Positions 62,316 through 64,000 of a stretch of 64,000 nucleotides of DNA are shown here, one piece after another. Numbering within the stretch: position 1 is the first letter of the stretch; the number at the start of each line of letters is the position of its first letter. The notes beneath the pieces were generated by a model, which searched no databases, was not told the DNA's origin, and saw only the letters and a list, made by a program, of their open reading frames with translations. A program made the position numbers and the translations under genes. The stretch comes from Phallusia mammillata (Eukaryota), in NCBI GenBank assembly GCA_965637545.1, contig OZ281498.1, positions 7,688,001-7,752,000 of the forward strand, given 5' to 3'.

Positions 62316-62738
62316 AGCTGTTAAACAGTGGTTCCAAAACATTTCGGAAATATTGGCACAAAACTGTCAACGATGACATTATGCTTTACCTAAACTACTA
62401 GTTTAAAGCTTTTTTAGCAACATCAGTTCGCTTTTTTTCTTTTTCCGCACGGTAAATAGACTTTATTTTGCGAGTTGCGGACCAAACTTAAGAACTATTT
62501 TGCAGCGTCCGGTTATCTCATGGCAGTAATTTCCATCGCAATAAAATGATTGTGTATTTCAACAGCAGTGTAATAACAGACATTTCCATAGCACATAATC
62601 GCAGCAGGATTGTTAGGGATACCATACTTTACTATGTACCTACAATGCTGTACAAAAGGATGGGAAAATTACCACCTTGAAATAACAATCGACCTTGCTA
62701 TGAAACAAATATACTCTTACATGATTGTCTCTGCTTAC

Positions 62739-63911
62739 TTGTGAACCCTGTGTTGCACACACAATTGAAGCTGCCAATTTGGTTTTGGCATTTCTGTTGA
62801 CACGAATGGTTGCCTTCAGTACATTCATCGATATCCTTGCAGTAGGTGCCATTCCCTGTAAATCCAGTCTTACATGTACATTGGTACCTATTACCTTCGG
62901 ATGTACATGATGCGTTGATATGGCATGGAGTAGAAAGACAATCTACGCTTGTGCAATTGAAACCGTCGCCTTCAAAACCGGGTTTGCATTCACAACTGTA
63001 GCTGCCTTCTGTGTTGCTGCAGTTGGCATACATGTGGCAAAGGTTAGAGGAATTCATGCATTCGTCCGTATCACTGCAGTACGTCCCGTTACCAGTATAT
63101 CCTGAGCGGCAGACGCATGAGTAGTTACCAGCAGCATTGTCACATCTTGCGTTCGTGTGGCAAGGGTAAGGGTTGGAAAGGCATTCGTTGATGTCTTCGC
63201 AAAAGCTTCCGTTTTTAATAAATCCACCACCACAGACGCAACTATAATTTCCAATCGTATTTTCGCAAGTGGGTTGTTTATGGCAAAGGGCCACAGGCAC
63301 ACCAGGCTCCGGACAGGAAATAAAACCGTTAATGTTGCTAAAACATATATCAGGTTGGATTATACATTCGTCGATATCTGAACAATACGTTCCGTTTCCA
63401 GAAAACCCGCTAATGCATTCACATACAAAACTGCCAATTGTGTTGTTGCAGGTGGCATTTGCATGACATCCAGCCGAATTATTTTCACATTCGTCGATGT
63501 CGGTGCAGTGGTTACAATCATCACCTGTAAATCCTTCTCTACATACGCACTCGAATGAACCATTGGTGTTGTTGCAATTGGCCGTGGAAGCGTCAAAATC
63601 TTCACATTCATTCCTGTCTTGGCAGTCTGTACCGTCACCCATATAACCAGTAGGACAATCACAGTTAAAGCTACCGTTAATATTGCCACATGAGGCGATA
63701 CTATGGCACGTTCGAACCAACGCAGGGTCAACAAATCGTATCGTAGTCCTGTTTAAAGCCACGCACGTCTCGTTACGTAAAACGATAGTCGTCGACAAGC
63801 CGCATTCATCCATGTCGGTGCACGTCTTGCCGTCACCATGGTAACCTTCCTGGCATGTACACGCGAAGTTGCTGGAACAGTTGGCGCAGGTGGCCTTCAC
63901 ATCACAACAAT
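62739..63911 (-). CDS. Multi-EGF (calcium-binding EGF) single-pass membrane protein, large internal exon with about 9 EGF modules
   Basis: Repeated D-[IT]-[DN]-E-C...C.N..G[SN][FY].C.C..G[FY].G.G..C motifs. Acceptor gtgtag| at 63913-63912 and donor ACA A|gtaagc at 62738-62737. 1173 nt, symmetric phase 1-1. The 5' exons are outside the window. Confidence 0.93.
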
Positions 63912-64000
63912 CTACACACGTTAAAACAAATTTTATACGTTGTGATGTTTACACGCAAATACTGGTTTTGATCTTTTACTCAAAATTTTATGGCTCTTGT

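Noticed and set aside
62640-63734. Several short ORFs overlapping the EGF exon
   Set aside because: They are alternative-frame or antisense shadows of the EGF coding sequence.

Overview
Eukaryotic (metazoan) genomic DNA of roughly 40% GC with GT-AG introns. It looks like an invertebrate chordate or other marine invertebrate; an ascidian is my guess, not shown by the sequence. Two genes are supported, both on the minus strand. (1) One complete Myc gene with two coding exons (36139-35527 and 22774-21348; 2040 nt, 679 aa). They are joined by a 12,752-bp phase-1 intron at the canonical position just before the EEIDVVTVEK box. (2) The 3' part of a single-pass membrane protein with at least 10 EGF/cbEGF modules, a transmembrane helix and an acidic tail carrying an ITIM-like motif (exons 63911-62739, 61736-61587, 60598-60477, 59921-59649). 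Its 5' end lies beyond the window. The rest is largely non-coding and holds many hAT (Buster/Charlie-type) MITEs with 8-bp TSDs. These include five elements stacked or nested at a single CTCTAGAG target, one carrying a Buster transposase remnant. Also present: a pearl/HINE-like element with 157-bp tandem cores, Kolobok-, Tigger- and SINE-like relics, and several promoter-like motif clusters around Myc. Almost all short ORFs in the supplied track appear spurious. I see no prokaryotic features and no clear-cut new biological system. The best leads are the self-regenerating hAT target stack, the C-terminally extended Myc with its TE-poor intron and vertebrate-like E2F promoter, and the ITIM-bearing EGF receptor with a possible secreted isoform. 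All motif counts are by eye, not computed.
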